A stretch of DNA of 64,000 bases from Gemmatimonadota bacterium (GCA_036679645.1 JAZDCY010000011.1:1-64000); one strand, 5' to 3'; numbered from the stretch's first letter, positions 28,423 through 38,866 are shown. Numbers and translations are program-made. Notes: generated from the letters alone by a model not told the origin.

Positions 28423-30344
28423 TCGCCCCCCCGCGCCAGTAACTCCCCAATGCCGCGATGAATGTCCATGGGACGCAGCGGCTGACCCGGGACCTGGGTC
28501 CAGCAATCGACGTCCACGAGTGTCTGTGCCCGGAGCAGCCAGGCGAGTTGACCCCGGCGGCGGTTCTCGTCGGTGATGTGCGGGTCGCCTGGCCGGTCGC
28601 TGTAGTTGATTTCAACCGTCGCAACGCGGGCGAACCGAGCAAACAGATCTTTCAGCCCTGGGTGTAAAGGAGACAGGAACGTGAGATGCGCCGACGACAC
28701 CTTCACACCTTCCCGCCGAGCCCGGTCAATCGCCTCTTCGATGGCGCCCTTGGTACTGCCCCACCCGACGAGGAGGAGATCTCCGTCTTCGTCACCATGG
28801 ACGGGAGGCGGTTTGAGTGTTTCCTGGAGCACCGCGAGCTTTCGACTGCGCATGGCACAGCCGCGCTCGTGAACCTCCGGGTTGTGCCCGATCTTGCTAT
28901 GCTCGTCGTGCGATAGGCCGGTGACCGTGTGCATCCCGCCTGGTTGTCCGGGGATGATCCGTTTCGAAAGCCCCGTTGCCGGATCCCAATCGTACGGCAG
29001 AGCGTCTTCTGCCACGGGACTCATGTCCAGCCCAGTGCTCTGCCACCGTGTATCGAGCACCGGTCGCGGGAATGGCTGCACCCCCGTCGCGAGATTCGCG
29101 TCCGACAGCACGATCACCACCGTACGAAGGACCTCCGCAATACGCCGCGCGGTGATCACGAGGTGGAAGCACTCCTCGATCGTAGCCGGCGCGATCACGA
29201 CCTTCGGGACATCACCTGGCTGTGCAAACAGCGCCGCGAGCAGATCCGATTGCTCGACCTTGGTTGGTAGGCCAGTGCTCGGCCCGCCGCGTTGTACGTC
29301 GAGGACGACCAGTGGCACCTCGACCATCGTCGCGAGCCCGAGGAACTCTGTCTTGAGTGCCAGGCCCGGACCGGACGTCACCGTAAACGCGACTTTCCCC
29401 GCGTACGACGCGCCTATCGCGACACCGGCGGCGGCGATCTCGTCCTCCGCTTGGTGCACGATGCCGCCGAATCGCTCGAAAATGTCGCCGAGAAAGTGCG
29501 AGACAGAGGTCGCGGGAGTGATGGGATACATTGCGCACAATTCCATCCCCGCGGCGACGGCCCCCAGCGATAGCGCCTGGTTGCCGTTCATCACCACCAT
29601 CTCGGTCGACGGCCGCTCGATCGGTACGTCGACACGGAACGCGACGTGGTCTTTCGCCCACCCGTACCCGAGGTCGAGCAACTGGATGTTGCGCTCGGCC
29701 ACCTCAGCGGCCTTCCGCTGAAACGTCTCCGCAATCAGCGCGCGTGTGATCTCGAGATCGCGGTCGTAAATCCAGGCCAGGAGACCGAGGGCAAACATGT
29801 TCTTGCCACGTCGTGGGTTGTCCACGAGCGTGAGACACTGCTCCTCCATCGGCACGCCAATGATGCGGTAGTTCCGTTCGCCCAGTTCCTCCATGGCCTC
29901 AACCCACTCACGGCGGATTCGCTCGTCGTCGTGCGACGCCCACTTGTCCTCGATCAGGATGATCGCGTCATCGGCAAGCGCATCGAGTCGATGCCGCGAT
30001 AGCAAGACCTGTTCGTTGAAGGCAATGACGAGACATGCGGCGTCGCCCCAGTTGGTAACCGTCTTCGTACCGATGCGGATACGGTTGCCGCTCACGCTCG
30101 ACGGCGTTCGCGCGGGTGGTTGGATCTCGGCAGGGATGATCTCGACGGTCCACACCCCGTTGCCCATGCGAGCGGATGTCCGGCCAAAGAGTTGCCCGCA
30201 TTTCTGCGCACCCTCTCCGGAGTCGGATACGATCTCGACGGTATGTTCGGGAACGCGGAGGACGGACGGGCCCGCGTGATCCTCTGCGGCGGCGCGCTTC
30301 TTGGCGCGGGAGGAGGGTACCACAGTCGTCATCGTCGACCTCAT
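28419..30344 (-). CDS. 2-oxoacid:ferredoxin oxidoreductase alpha subunit (gamma-alpha fusion; pair adjacent to Rnf)
   Basis: SDSGEG, YPITPAT, QAEDEIAA, TSGPGLALK, QRGGPSTGLPTK. Confidence 0.93.
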   Translation of the reverse strand: MRSTMTTVVPSSRAKKRAAAEDHAGPSVLRVPEHTVEIVSDSGEGAQKCGQLFGRTSARMGNGVWTVEIIPAEIQPPARTPSSVSGNRIRIGTKTVTNWGDAACLVIAFNEQVLLSRHRLDALADDAIILIEDKWASHDDERIRREWVEAMEELGERNYRIIGVPMEEQCLTLVDNPRRGKNMFALGLLAWIYDRDLEITRALIAETFQRKAAEVAERNIQLLDLGYGWAKDHVAFRVDVPIERPSTEMVVMNGNQALSLGAVAAGMELCAMYPITPATSVSHFLGDIFERFGGIVHQAEDEIAAAGVAIGASYAGKVAFTVTSGPGLALKTEFLGLATMVEVPLVVLDVQRGGPSTGLPTKVEQSDLLAALFAQPGDVPKVVIAPATIEECFHLVITARRIAEVLRTVVIVLSDANLATGVQPFPRPVLDTRWQSTGLDMSPVAEDALPYDWDPATGLSKRIIPGQPGGMHTVTGLSHDEHSKIGHNPEVHERGCAMRSRKLAVLQETLKPPPVHGDEDGDLLLVGWGSTKGAIEEAIDRARREGVKVSSAHLTFLSPLHPGLKDLFARFARVATVEINYSDRPGDPHITDENRRRGQLAWLLRAQTLVDVDCWTQVPGQPLRPMDIHRGIGELLARGGE

Positions 30345-30536
30345 GGTAGACGAAGCCCATTGCGCGGTCGCACGGCGGCGACTGCCGTGTGGCTAGACGG
30401 CTGTTATTAGCACCGACGACGCGATAGGTGTGCACCCGGCCCATTCCGGGAACTCCGCGCTACACCCAGTATCGGCCAATCAAGGGAAAGGGCGCTGAAT
30501 CGCGCCCCGTTTTGGTATGAAGACTTCTTCACGAAA

Positions 30537-31553
30537 CTACCGCTCGATGGTCCAGGTCGGGCCGGAACGGAGCAGTGTATTCAGTTCAGCAACGGATGCG
30601 TCGCCAGTTGGAGTCTGGCCGAATAGATCCTCTTCGAAGGTCGCCGCCGGGTTGCAGTAGATCACACCCAACGCAACTGGAAAATCGGGGGGCTCGAGCG
30701 CCACGAGGAGGGTTGCCAGCACGCGGTTGGTCTCATCGTGTACGAGCACATCATCTTCCGTTACGCCATCCACGCCCACGGTTACCACGTCGAGCTTCAA
30801 CGTCTTCGGGTCCATTCGCAGCCCCTTGTTCCTATCGGCTCCAAACAGGAGGGGCTTTGCGTGCTCGACCAAAAGCTGGGTGTCGGCGGCGTGTTTCCGG
30901 TCCGTGAACGCTCTGAACACAGCGTCGTTGAACACAACGCAGTTCTGGAAGATCTCGACGAATGACGCGCCGTGGTGCTCCCGCGCCCGCTTCAGCACCC
31001 CGATGAGATGGGGCTGTGTGGTGTCGATCGATCTAGCTACGAACCGCGCGCCCACGCCGAGCGCGAAGGCGCCCGGCGACACGGGATTGGCGACCGATCC
31101 GAGCGGCGTGGAGGGCGAGCGCGTACCGCGGCGTGACGTAGGTGAGAACTGCCCCTTCGTGAGTCCGTAGATCTCGTTGTTGAACAGCACAATCTGGAGA
31201 TCGACGTTCCGGCGTAGCACATGAAGCATATGGTTCCCGCCGATGCTCAACCCGTCGCCGTCGCCCGTGATGACCCAGACATCCAGCTCCGGGTTGGCGA
31301 GCTTGACACCCGTGGCGATAGCCGGTGCACGTCCGTGGATCGTATGGAACCCGTAGGTCTCCATGTAATAGGGAAGACGGGCAGCACACCCGATGCCCGA
31401 CACGAACACCGTGAGCTCAGGGACGGCCTCGACGTCGGCGAGTGTCTTCTGGATTGCCTTGAGAATGGCGTAGTCACCGCACCCCGGACACCAACGGACC
31501 TCCTGATCGGAGGCGTAGTCCTTGGGCTTGGGAGGTGTCAAAGCGGCAGTCAT
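30537..31553 (-). CDS. korB: 2-oxoacid (probably 2-oxoglutarate):ferredoxin oxidoreductase beta subunit
   Basis: SDQEVRWCPGCGD, TGDGDGLSIGGNH, NNEIYGLTKGQ. Confidence 0.88.
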   Translation of the reverse strand: MTAALTPPKPKDYASDQEVRWCPGCGDYAILKAIQKTLADVEAVPELTVFVSGIGCAARLPYYMETYGFHTIHGRAPAIATGVKLANPELDVWVITGDGDGLSIGGNHMLHVLRRNVDLQIVLFNNEIYGLTKGQFSPTSRRGTRSPSTPLGSVANPVSPGAFALGVGARFVARSIDTTQPHLIGVLKRAREHHGASFVEIFQNCVVFNDAVFRAFTDRKHAADTQLLVEHAKPLLFGADRNKGLRMDPKTLKLDVVTVGVDGVTEDDVLVHDETNRVLATLLVALEPPDFPVALGVIYCNPAATFEEDLFGQTPTGDASVAELNTLLRSGPTWTIER

Positions 31554-31554
31554 C

Positions 31555-33423
31555 TCAGCTCTCCAATCGTGCCGCGATCGCATCGACGATCTCGGACACC
31601 TTGAACGGCTTGCCGGTCACCTTGTTGAGACCCTCGGCGGGGACGAGGAACGTGCTGCGCAGCACGGCCACGAGTTGTCCGGCGTTCATCTCCGGGACGA
31701 GCACGTACTCGGACTCTCGCAGCAGGTCCCCGAGGTTCCGGGGGAAGGGGACGATGTGGCGGAGATGGACGTGTGCCACCGACAGCCCAGCGGCCAACGC
31801 TTCCTTCACGCCTTGATACACGGGCCCGAACGTCGAACCCCACCCAACCACCAGACAGCGCGCTCCCCGCTCGCCAAGCGCGATCTCTTGCTCGGGGATA
31901 TCGTCGGCGATCCGCGCGATCTTCGCCGCACGTACGTTGGTCATCCGTTGGTGATTCTCGGCGTCGTACGAAATGTGGCCCGAATCGTAGTCCCGTTCGA
32001 TCCCGCCAATCCGATGCGCGAGGCCCGGCGTACCCGGCACCGCCCAGGTACGCGCCAACGTGTCGGCGTCGCGCAGGAGCGGGTGGAACCCCTCTGGGTC
32101 GGTCCGCTGCGTGACCGGGAACGGCTCGATTTCATTGATATCTGGGACGAGCCACGGCTCGGCCGCGTTCGCTAAGAAGCCATCAGTCAACAACATGACT
32201 GGCGTCATGTACTTTGTGGCCAGGCGGACCGCCTCAATCCCTACCTCAAAGCAATCTGCTGGAGTAGCTGTAGCTACTACTGGCATCGGCGCGTCAGCGT
32301 TTCGTCCGTAGACGGCCTGGAAGAGGTCGGATTGTTCGGTCTTCGTGGGCAGGCCCGTGGAGGGGCCGGCGCGCTGCGCATTCACTACTACGAGGGGTAG
32401 CTCGGTAGCGATTGCAAGTCCCAGCGCCTCTCCCTTGAGCGCTATTCCCGGCCCCGAACTCGACGTCATGCCGATGGCTCCGGCGTACGAAGCGCCGATC
32501 GCGGAGCACACGGCAGCAATCTCGTCCTCGGCCTGGAAGGTCACCACGCCGTGTTCGCGGAACTTGGCGAACAGGTGCAGGAGGGGCGACGCGGGTGTGA
32601 TAGGGTAGGAACCAAACACCAGACGCTTCAGGCCCGCAGCCCGCACGCCGGCGAGCAGTCCCCACGCGAGCGCCTCCGTGCCACTCACCGTGCGATAGAG
32701 TCCGGGTTCGAGATCCGCCTCCGACACCGCATAACCGGTCACATCGGATCCCATTTCGGCAGTTTCACCGAAGGCGTGCCCGGCATTCAGCGCCGTAGTG
32801 TTCGCTTGGGCAATCTCGGGCCGTTTCGCGAACTTCTGCTGGAGCCACTCGATCGTCGCCGCCCGCTCACGTCCGTACATCCACAGCATCAGGCCGAGCG
32901 CCCACATGTTTCGGCAGCGCAGAGCTTCCTTCTGACCCAACCCAGACTCCTTTACCGCCTCGAGCGTGCGTCGCGTGATGTCCAGCTTGAGGACCTGATA
33001 CGGCGCCAGCGTCTTGTCCTCGAGCGGGTTCTCGGCGAAGCCCGCCTTAGCGATGTTGCGGTCGGTGAAGGCACCAGTATCGACCAGCACCGTTCCACCG
33101 GCCCGCAGGTCGTCCACCGACACCTTCAGAGCAGCCGGGTTCATGGCAACGAGAACATCCAGCTCGTCTCCCGGCGTTTTCACGTCGCGCGAACCGAACT
33201 GGATCTGGAAGGCAGACACCCCGAACGTCGTGCCTGCAGGGGCTCGTATCTCAGCGGGAAAGTCCGGAAAGGTCGCCAGGTCATTGCCGAGCAGTGCGGT
33301 CTCTTGCATGAACTGAGACCCGGTCAGCTGCATGCCGTCGCCCGAGTCGCCCGCGAATCGGATGACGACGGAATCCCGTATCTGGCGCCCCGTGGGGCCG
33401 TGCGTGACAGTCGGACTGCTCAT
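31555..33423 (-). CDS. korA: 2-oxoacid (probably 2-oxoglutarate):ferredoxin oxidoreductase alpha subunit
   Basis: IRFAGDSGDGMQLTG, SYPITPAS, QAEDEIAA, PEMNAGQL. Confidence 0.88.
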   Translation of the reverse strand: MSSPTVTHGPTGRQIRDSVVIRFAGDSGDGMQLTGSQFMQETALLGNDLATFPDFPAEIRAPAGTTFGVSAFQIQFGSRDVKTPGDELDVLVAMNPAALKVSVDDLRAGGTVLVDTGAFTDRNIAKAGFAENPLEDKTLAPYQVLKLDITRRTLEAVKESGLGQKEALRCRNMWALGLMLWMYGRERAATIEWLQQKFAKRPEIAQANTTALNAGHAFGETAEMGSDVTGYAVSEADLEPGLYRTVSGTEALAWGLLAGVRAAGLKRLVFGSYPITPASPLLHLFAKFREHGVVTFQAEDEIAAVCSAIGASYAGAIGMTSSSGPGIALKGEALGLAIATELPLVVVNAQRAGPSTGLPTKTEQSDLFQAVYGRNADAPMPVVATATPADCFEVGIEAVRLATKYMTPVMLLTDGFLANAAEPWLVPDINEIEPFPVTQRTDPEGFHPLLRDADTLARTWAVPGTPGLAHRIGGIERDYDSGHISYDAENHQRMTNVRAAKIARIADDIPEQEIALGERGARCLVVGWGSTFGPVYQGVKEALAAGLSVAHVHLRHIVPFPRNLGDLLRESEYVLVPEMNAGQLVAVLRSTFLVPAEGLNKVTGKPFKVSEIVDAIAARLES

Positions 33424-33503
33424 GGGAGATACCCTGGTCGATACATCTACGTCATAAGCTAACGGGAGAAGGCGACGAAGCGGGAGGGTTCCGTTCCCCT
33501 TAC

Positions 33504-33914
33504 CTAGCTCCGGCGCTCCTTTCTAATAACCAACTTGAGCCCCGACCAGGTTTCATCGACCGCGCAGACCTTTACGTCCACCAGGTCGAGCGGGAACGCA
33601 ATCTCCCGCACCACGTCCTCCGTGATGTCGGTCGGCACCCGGGCCGCCTTCTTGGGCCACGACGCCCAGATCATGCCGTTTTGGGCCATTCGCTTGCGCG
33701 CCGAGCGGACAGACCTCTCCAGCGCCGTTCGACGAGTGGCGAAGATGTGCACGAGATCCAGCTCCTTTGCCGCCCCCGCCATGACCCGCACCCCACCCGG
33801 CAGTCGACCAACCAGATCCCAGTAGTTCGCGGGTGGCCCAACGACGGCGACGCGCATCTTCTCTCCATAACCCAGTTTGCGCACCAACGGTGTCCCTGAG
33901 TAGCCAGCAGGCAC
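33504..33914 (-). CDS. DUF3052 family protein
   Basis: AGYSGTPLVRKLG...WPKK...LVDVKVCAVDETWSGLKLV. Confidence 0.88.
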   Translation of the reverse strand: MPAGYSGTPLVRKLGYGEKMRVAVVGPPANYWDLVGRLPGGVRVMAGAAKELDLVHIFATRRTALERSVRSARKRMAQNGMIWASWPKKAARVPTDITEDVVREIAFPLDLVDVKVCAVDETWSGLKLVIRKERRS

Positions 33915-33916
33915 GG

Positions 33917-34924
33917 TCAGTCCTTTGCGAGGGTGATGCGCCAGATCCTTCCTTCAACGCCCGCAACCCATCCCACTCCCGCTGCGCCCATCGCAACCGC
34001 GTTCACGCTCACGGTATCGATCGCCGTCCAGGTGGTACCCCAGTCGGTTGAGAATCCATAGCCCGACGGCCCGGACGCGACCAGCGTACCGGGGCGACCG
34101 GTCGCTACGGACACCCCGTACCGCACGCCACGAGGGGCCGACGTTCCGACGACCTCCCACGTGACGCCCCCGTCGCGTGTGCGGATGACATTGTCCGACC
34201 CGTCAGTCCGCACCTGGTAGTTACCGCCAACGGCCACTCCGTTGCTCGGATCCTGGAAAGCCAGACCGAACACGCCCGCCGTGGCACCGACCTCCAGTGG
34301 CGTCTCGTGCGCCGTCCACGATCGTCCGCCGTCGGTCGTGCGCAGCACCCGCGCTGTCACGCCGCCACCCGTCCCTATCCACGCATATCGATCGCCGGCC
34401 ACAGTGATGGCGGTACCGCTGGCGGCGAATCCCGCTTCCCTCTCGAGGGGTTCGGGCAGCCGGTCGTGCGACACCTCCACCCACGATCGGCACCCATCCT
34501 CCGTTCGTAAGATGAGAAACGCGCCGTCAACCGGGTCGCCGAACGCGACGCCGCGCTCGTCGTTCCAGAAGGCGAGCCCGTCGAAGAACACGCCCTCGTG
34601 TGTGTTCTCGTACGCGACCGTCCACTGATCACCACCATCCGCGGTGCGATAGATCCGGGCCAACCCGCCCTCGAAACTCGTCCCGAGAACGCAGGCGGTA
34701 ACGGCGTCGACCGCGTGTACATCGACCAGAAACAATCCCTCGCCACCCGGGATGGTATCGGTGTACCAGGTCGTGCCTCCGTCATCCGTGCGTGAAAAAA
34801 CGCCGTTGCGTGCGGTAGCCCACACGACATTGGGGCCGGCAACGGACAGGCCGCGATACTCCGCCTCCGTGCCGGTGAATTGTGGCACGGCCACCGCCTG
34901 CATGGCGAGAGCCACTGCCGGCAT
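33917..34924 (-). CDS. BNR/YCF48-like beta-propeller protein
   Basis: Repeated RTxDGGxxW Asp-boxes, FAASGT. Confidence 0.85.
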   Translation of the reverse strand: MPAVALAMQAVAVPQFTGTEAEYRGLSVAGPNVVWATARNGVFSRTDDGGTTWYTDTIPGGEGLFLVDVHAVDAVTACVLGTSFEGGLARIYRTADGGDQWTVAYENTHEGVFFDGLAFWNDERGVAFGDPVDGAFLILRTEDGCRSWVEVSHDRLPEPLEREAGFAASGTAITVAGDRYAWIGTGGGVTARVLRTTDGGRSWTAHETPLEVGATAGVFGLAFQDPSNGVAVGGNYQVRTDGSDNVIRTRDGGVTWEVVGTSAPRGVRYGVSVATGRPGTLVASGPSGYGFSTDWGTTWTAIDTVSVNAVAMGAAGVGWVAGVEGRIWRITLAKD

Positions 34925-34945
34925 GAAACCCAAGTGACGTTCCTC

Positions 34946-35674
34946 CTACGCGATGAGAAGAGAGTTCAGACGTTCACGCGCACGCTCCCACTCGGGCATC
35001 GCGCGGCGGAGCAGTCGATAGAACCGCCTCGAGTGGTTCATCTCGATGCGATGACAAAGCTCGTGTACCAGGACGTAATCCAGACACGAGACCGGCGCCT
35101 TGATCAGCTCGACGTTCAGGGAAACCGTCCCCTTGGCTCCGCAACTTCCCCAGCGCCGGGTCATCTCTCGAAGACGGACGAGCGGCTCGGGACGTCCCAA
35201 CCACGGTGCCTGACGGAGCACGGCAACGAGCCTACGGGGCACTACCTGTTCGGCCCGATGCCGGTACCACGCCTTAAGGAGTGCCTCGATGCGATTGCGT
35301 GACATTCGCCGAGGAGTCGTTACCCACAAGAATCCACCTGAAAGCTTCACCAACTCGGCGCCACGGCGCACCCTCAGCCGATACTGCCGGCCGAGATAAC
35401 AGTGGGTCTCACCGCTCACGTAGCGACGCGGAACGGGAAGCGGGTGGTACTTCTCGAACTGCCGCTGCTGGCGGACGATCCAACCGACCCGGGCGAGGAC
35501 CCGCTGATCCACTTTCTCCAACTCGGCGCTAACCGGCGCCACCACGGAAACGGACAGATCGGGCTCGACCGAGACGGAGAGATACCGGGTGTCGGCGAAA
35601 TGCAGGGCGTATCTGATCTGCCGTCCGTTGATCCCAACTCGCCGGATGACCCCGTCATGCACGTGCCGGCTCAC
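34946..35674 (-). CDS. M48/YgjP/SprT-like zinc metalloprotein associated with type I R-M
   Basis: YLGRQY, RRWGSC, YVLVHELCH...NHS; GTGA overlap with the hsdR stop. Confidence 0.9.
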   Translation of the reverse strand: MSRHVHDGVIRRVGINGRQIRYALHFADTRYLSVSVEPDLSVSVVAPVSAELEKVDQRVLARVGWIVRQQRQFEKYHPLPVPRRYVSGETHCYLGRQYRLRVRRGAELVKLSGGFLWVTTPRRMSRNRIEALLKAWYRHRAEQVVPRRLVAVLRQAPWLGRPEPLVRLREMTRRWGSCGAKGTVSLNVELIKAPVSCLDYVLVHELCHRIEMNHSRRFYRLLRRAMPEWERARERLNSLLIA

Positions 35675-38600
35675 GGCTTGCGCGCCTTGGCCACATCGAG
35701 GCACCGTTCCATCACCGTGTCAATATCCTCGAGCGTCAAGGGGACGCCGTAGCGGTCCTTCAATTCGAACAGTCGGTCCTCGATGGCGTTCCGCATGCGG
35801 TTCTGTACATCGGTGTTCCGGGTCCAGTTCACCGTCCGTAGCTCTTCCACGATCCTGTCGATGTCGAGTGCGACCTCAGCACCTAGCGTATCTATGTCGA
35901 TACTGTCGGTCCCGTAGCTCAACACGCTTTCGCGCACGACACCGTATAGGGCCCTCGCATCGGGAGCATAGCGGACTGGCTCCGGGACGGTATCCCCCGA
36001 GCGGTCACGCACCTGCCCGCTGATTTCCTGAACGCGATTGAAATACTCGACATCTGACAGACGCCGCTCCCGAAAAGCCCGAATGGTCTCCTCGAGTAGA
36101 TCCGAGAATCGCCTGTAATACGCCGGATCCTCCTCCCAGCGCTCCTTGATTGTCTGTCTCGTGCGGTACGCAATCGTGTCCGCCTTACCGCCGGGCGTGT
36201 CGACCTTCTCGACCTCCCGCGCAAAGGCCTCCTGATCGAAGATGTTCACCAGGTCGGTGAGTTGTTCGACTTCTCCGGTCCCGACGTGCATGTCCAACAA
36301 CCGCTGGATGCGCGGCTCGTAGTCCTTGAACTCGATCTTCTCGGCGTAGCGCCGTTGCACCGAGGCACGCAGCGCCATGAAGAACTTCAGGTCATCCCTG
36401 TACTTCTGGACCTTCTTCTCCGGCGTTTCTTCCAGGAACTTCACGGTCGACAGCGCGACCTGCAGCGTGCGGGCGTACGCCGAGAGCCGTTCCTTGAACT
36501 CCGCCCGCAGGACCGGGTCGGCGAGAACGCGCTCGTACTCCTCTTCGTCCCGCTTGTTCAGTACCGTCTTGAAGACATCCCACAGGTCGGAGTGAAGCTG
36601 AGGGAGCTTGGCGATCTCGAGGGAAACATCGGTCAGCGTGTCTTCCAAGTCTTCCTGGTCGAACTCAGGCAGGCCGCCGTAGAGGTCGAGCGCCTTCTCC
36701 AGATCGTGGAGTACGCCGGCGTAGTCGATGACGTATCCGAAGTCTTTCCCCTCGTAGACGCGGTTAACCCTGGCGATGGCCTGGAGTAGCGAATGGTCCT
36801 TCAGCGGTCGCGTGAGGTACAGCACGACATTCCGCGGCGCGTCGAACCCCGTGAGCAGCTTGGCTACCACGATGATGATGTCGGGCTCAGGACCGTGCTT
36901 GAAGGCGCCGATCAGCTGTTCGTTGTACTCGGTCTCGGATCCGTACCGCTCCATCATCTTGCGCCAGAACTTGACTACTTCTTCGACGTTCTCCTCCAGT
37001 ACATCGACTTCGCCCTCGCGATCGTCGGGCGCGGAGATCAGCACCTCGGAGGTCACTCTGCCGCACTCGTCCAGGTGTTTCTTGTACAGCAGGGCGGTGC
37101 GCTTGTCGGGAGCCACGAGCTGCCCCTTGAATCGCGTGTCCTTCCACGCGTTGGCGAAGTGCGCGCTCAGGTCCCACGCGATGGTCGCGATCTTCTGTTC
37201 GGCTTTGTCGAGCTGGGCGGTGGAGCTGAACTTCTTCTTGAGATCCGCCGCTTGGTCCTTGGAGAGGGTAGCCGTGATCCTGTCGAACCAGCGATCGATC
37301 TGCTCCTTGTCCACCATCTGCGGCACGTAACGCCCCTCGTAGAGCAGGGGAACCACCGATTTGTCTTCAACCGCTTGCCGAATCGTATAAACCGGGGGGA
37401 TCAACCCGCCGAACTGTCGCACGGTGCTCTTCTCGCGCGTCATGATCGGCGTCCCGGTGAAGCCGAGGAAGCAGGCGTTGGGGAGCACACGCCGCATGCG
37501 GGCGTGGATTGGCCCATACTGGCCGCGGTGGCTCTCGTCGACCATCACGAAAATGTCGGGGCTGGTGAGTTTGAGGCCCTTGGTCGCCACCGCGGTCTCG
37601 AACTTGTCGATCACGGTCGTGACGACCATGTGTTTTTCACTCTTGAGCAGCTCGACGAAGTGCTTGCCCGTTCGCGCCCGCTGGGGTTCGAACCCGCAGT
37701 AGCGGAATGTATCCCGTATCTGCTTGTCGAGGTCGATGCGGTCGGTGACGAGAACCACCTTCTTGTTTGCCCCGACAATTTCCTCGGCGATCGCAGCGGC
37801 GAGCATGACCATCGTGAGTGACTTGCCGCTACCCTGGGTGTGCCACACCACGCCGCCGGGCCGGGTGCCGTCGGCACTAGGCCGAGCGACGCGCACCATG
37901 GTCTGCTTGACACAGAAGTACTGCTGGTAGCGGGCGATCTTTTTCTGGCCGCCGTCGTACACCACGAACCGTCGCATCAGTTCGAGCATGCGTTCCGGGC
38001 GACACAGGCTCACCAGCGTCCCGTCCTGCACCGTCGGCTCGCGGCCGGACTCGGAGAGCGCGTCGAAATGGCGGCGCACGTAGCGGAAGCGGTTAGCGAA
38101 CAGACGCTCCATTTGGTCTGAAGGCAACGGCCTATTGACTGCCTCATCGAGCGTCGCTTCGTCCAGGTCCTCTCGCCACACCGCCCAGAACGGCTTGGGT
38201 GTTCCCACCGTCCCATACAGCGCTTCGTTCTTAGAAATCGCGAACAACAGTTGGGCGTAGAGGAAGAGCCGGGGGATGTACTCGTTCTTCTGGTTCCGGA
38301 TCTGTTGTGAGATCGCCTGGTCCATGGGGTCGTCCAGATCCGGCCGCTTGCACTCGATCACTGCCATGGGAATCCCGTTCACGAACAGGACGATGTCCGG
38401 CCGACACGTGTCCGTGCTGCCGGTACGCTCGACCTCGAACTCCTCGGTTACGTGGAACGCGTTGTTCCCGGTGTGTCCCCAATCGATGTACTGAAGCGGG
38501 AACCCTCGTGTATCGCCGAGTATGCTTTGCTGCAGGGATTTGCCCAGCCGGAGCAGGTCGTAGACCTTCTCGCTGGTGCGCACCAGGCCGTCGATGGGAA

Positions 38601-38859
38601 TGTCCTCCAGCGCCTCGACGGCGGTGCGGATGTTCCCCTCCGAGAACGGCCATTCTCTTCCCTTATAGCGAATGCGATTCAGCTCGCGGAGCTTGGGTGC
38701 CAGAATGCCTTCCAACAGCACCCGGCGGGCACGCCCTCCCCGCAGTTCACGGGCCTCATCCGCTGTCAGATACTCCCACCCGAGGTTCTGTAACACCTGG
38801 AGCGCCGGGACCTGGGATATGTGGTCCTCTTTGAAGAGCGGAGTCGCCGAGTCGGTGAT
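35671..38859 (-). CDS. hsdR: Type I restriction endonuclease subunit R
   Basis: RPDIVLFVNGIP..IECK, WHTQGSGKS, VDESHR, GFTGTP, LLTGFDAP, LQAIARVNR. Conserved-looking N-terminus (FKEDHISQVPAL) extends upstream of the called GTG at 38796. Confidence 0.93.
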   Translation of the reverse strand: MTDSATPLFKEDHISQVPALQVLQNLGWEYLTADEARELRGGRARRVLLEGILAPKLRELNRIRYKGREWPFSEGNIRTAVEALEDIPIDGLVRTSEKVYDLLRLGKSLQQSILGDTRGFPLQYIDWGHTGNNAFHVTEEFEVERTGSTDTCRPDIVLFVNGIPMAVIECKRPDLDDPMDQAISQQIRNQKNEYIPRLFLYAQLLFAISKNEALYGTVGTPKPFWAVWREDLDEATLDEAVNRPLPSDQMERLFANRFRYVRRHFDALSESGREPTVQDGTLVSLCRPERMLELMRRFVVYDGGQKKIARYQQYFCVKQTMVRVARPSADGTRPGGVVWHTQGSGKSLTMVMLAAAIAEEIVGANKKVVLVTDRIDLDKQIRDTFRYCGFEPQRARTGKHFVELLKSEKHMVVTTVIDKFETAVATKGLKLTSPDIFVMVDESHRGQYGPIHARMRRVLPNACFLGFTGTPIMTREKSTVRQFGGLIPPVYTIRQAVEDKSVVPLLYEGRYVPQMVDKEQIDRWFDRITATLSKDQAADLKKKFSSTAQLDKAEQKIATIAWDLSAHFANAWKDTRFKGQLVAPDKRTALLYKKHLDECGRVTSEVLISAPDDREGEVDVLEENVEEVVKFWRKMMERYGSETEYNEQLIGAFKHGPEPDIIIVVAKLLTGFDAPRNVVLYLTRPLKDHSLLQAIARVNRVYEGKDFGYVIDYAGVLHDLEKALDLYGGLPEFDQEDLEDTLTDVSLEIAKLPQLHSDLWDVFKTVLNKRDEEEYERVLADPVLRAEFKERLSAYARTLQVALSTVKFLEETPEKKVQKYRDDLKFFMALRASVQRRYAEKIEFKDYEPRIQRLLDMHVGTGEVEQLTDLVNIFDQEAFAREVEKVDTPGGKADTIAYRTRQTIKERWEEDPAYYRRFSDLLEETIRAFRERRLSDVEYFNRVQEISGQVRDRSGDTVPEPVRYAPDARALYGVVRESVLSYGTDSIDIDTLGAEVALDIDRIVEELRTVNWTRNTDVQNRMRNAIEDRLFELKDRYGVPLTLEDIDTVMERCLDVAKARKP

Positions 38860-38866
38860 CGGAATC

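Noticed and set aside
30518..30531. TGAAGA-CT-TCTTCA as a Rex operator
   Set aside because: Half-site spacing is 2 bp longer than the Rex consensus TTGTGAA-N4-TTCACAA and the flanks mismatch.
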